From an uncultured Christensenella sp. (GTDB lineage Bacteria; Bacillota; Clostridia; Christensenellales; UBA1242), in contig CAYJEF010000001.1 of the NCBI GenBank assembly GCA_964369125.1, positions 1-40,707 of the forward strand: DNA of 40,707 nt. The letters are read 5' to 3'. Every line of letters begins with the position of its first letter. Positions within the stretch are counted from its first letter, which is position 1. The position numbers and the translations under genes were made by a program. Shown here piece after piece: positions 40,580 through 40,707 of the stretch. The notes beneath the pieces were generated by a model. The model ran no database searches, was not told the DNA's origin, and saw nothing but the letters and a program-made list of their open reading frames with translations.

Positions 40580-40621
40580 AAAATAGTTTTAAAAAGGCAC
40601 CAATTGTGATAATATAAACAT

Positions 40622-40707
40622 ATGGAAGAAAATCTAATTGATAAACTAATCGGCGCGTTTATGTCTCTGCCGGGCGTTGGGTTCAAGACAGCCCAGCGCT
40701 ATGCTTA
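40622..40707 (+). CDS. recR: recombination protein RecR (5' end only; continues beyond window)
   Basis: Absent from the ORF track because it is truncated. ATG 40622 is the first possible start, since an in-frame TAA lies at 40610-40612. The translation MEENLIDKLIGAFMSLPGVGFKTAQRYA matches the conserved RecR N-terminus (I-x-x-L-I-x-x-F-x-x-LPG(I/V)G-x-K-(T/S)-A-x-R-x-A helix-hairpin-helix). No SD is visible upstream. Confidence 0.8.
   Translation, partial: MEENLIDKLIGAFMSLPGVGFKTAQRYA

Noticed and set aside
36800-40100. A regular recurrence, every 70-90 nt, of a GC-rich aa(c/t)ggcggtggc motif that superficially resembles a CRISPR or tandem-repeat array.
   Set aside because: The conserved unit is only about 12-15 nt, its spacing is variable, and everything is in frame in a coding sequence (N-G-G-G-I/V-Y coils). 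No cas genes or leader are present. It is protein-level periodicity.
9946-40319. Dozens of ORFs of 60-130 aa on the minus strand and in the alternative plus frames inside the giant gene (for example 18346-18735, 19453-19767, 21979-22251, 33730-34032, 38089-38481 and 39922-40152).
   Set aside because: All are fully embedded in a much longer, motif-rich frame. Their products are low-complexity mirror images of the coil codons: GGCGGTGGC read antisense gives the recurring APP/PPP/ATA strings such as IAPPFVA and YTPPPLSAV. None has an SD. They are frame artefacts of a repetitive gene.
40295-40576. The C-terminal tail as a diversity-generating-retroelement variable region or a known sorting signal.
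   Set aside because: There is no reverse transcriptase or template repeat in the window, and no C-type-lectin/FGE-like motif. I also saw no LPXTG, PEP-CTERM or T9SS-CTD-like pattern.
8591-40579. The giant ORF as an NRPS/PKS megasynthase, RTX toxin/adhesin, Rhs/YD toxin or type V autotransporter.
   Set aside because: I saw no adenylation, condensation, KS, AT or carrier-protein motifs (no HHxxxDG, no GxDS pantetheine sites). There are no GGxGxDxUx nonapeptides and no YD repeats or PAAR/Rhs core. There is also no C-terminal amphipathic beta-barrel region. The glycine motifs fit GGA[ILV]/FxxN PMP coils instead.
8133-40707. The giant gene as part of a mobile genomic island or prophage.
   Set aside because: I saw no integrase, transposase, tRNA target or flanking direct/inverted repeats. 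The neighbours are eno and recR. Composition by eye is similar to the flanks. I could not compute GC skew or codon statistics, so this rejection is provisional.

Overview
The window is a low-GC chromosomal segment that looks Bacillota/Mycoplasmatota-like. It has AGGAGG-type Shine-Dalgarno sites, hairpin+T-run terminators and a lipobox lipoprotein. I saw no tRNA, rRNA, CRISPR, transposase or integrase.

Left 8.1 kb: a partial yqeY on the minus strand, found by hand because it is truncated and absent from the ORF track. It is followed on the plus strand by a three-gene envelope-type operon (lipoprotein, sugar-phosphate nucleotidyltransferase, Sm_multidrug_ex membrane protein), an MBL-fold hydrolase with an extra C-terminal domain, typA/bipA and eno.

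After a 458-nt AT-rich non-coding region, one uninterrupted ORF (8591-40579; 31,989 nt; 10,662 aa; roughly 1.1 MDa) fills about 79% of the window. The 5' end of recR starts 42 nt after its stop.

Architecture of the giant protein, read by eye from motifs with no HMM search possible:
- A 156-aa N/Q/P-rich cytoplasmic head with QNF[AGT]R[PS]N tandem repeats.
- A single signal-anchor TM helix.
- A stalk of about 3,000 aa made of Flg_new (Listeria-Bacteroides / InlB B-repeat) domains.
- Seven right-handed beta-helix modules of PMP type (GGA[ILV]/GGG[IV]Y plus FxxN coils, about 120 coils in total). Each has the same N-cap and a related C-cap.
- Modules 1-3 are separated by short Flg_new arrays. A BspA-type LRR block precedes module 4. 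Modules 4-7 are fused head to tail.
- The protein ends in a Trp/Tyr-rich tail of about 94 aa.

There is no cleavable signal peptide, LPXTG motif, autotransporter barrel or RTX motif. The giant N-terminally anchored fibre is the main candidate for an undescribed system. The other observations are small regulatory oddities.
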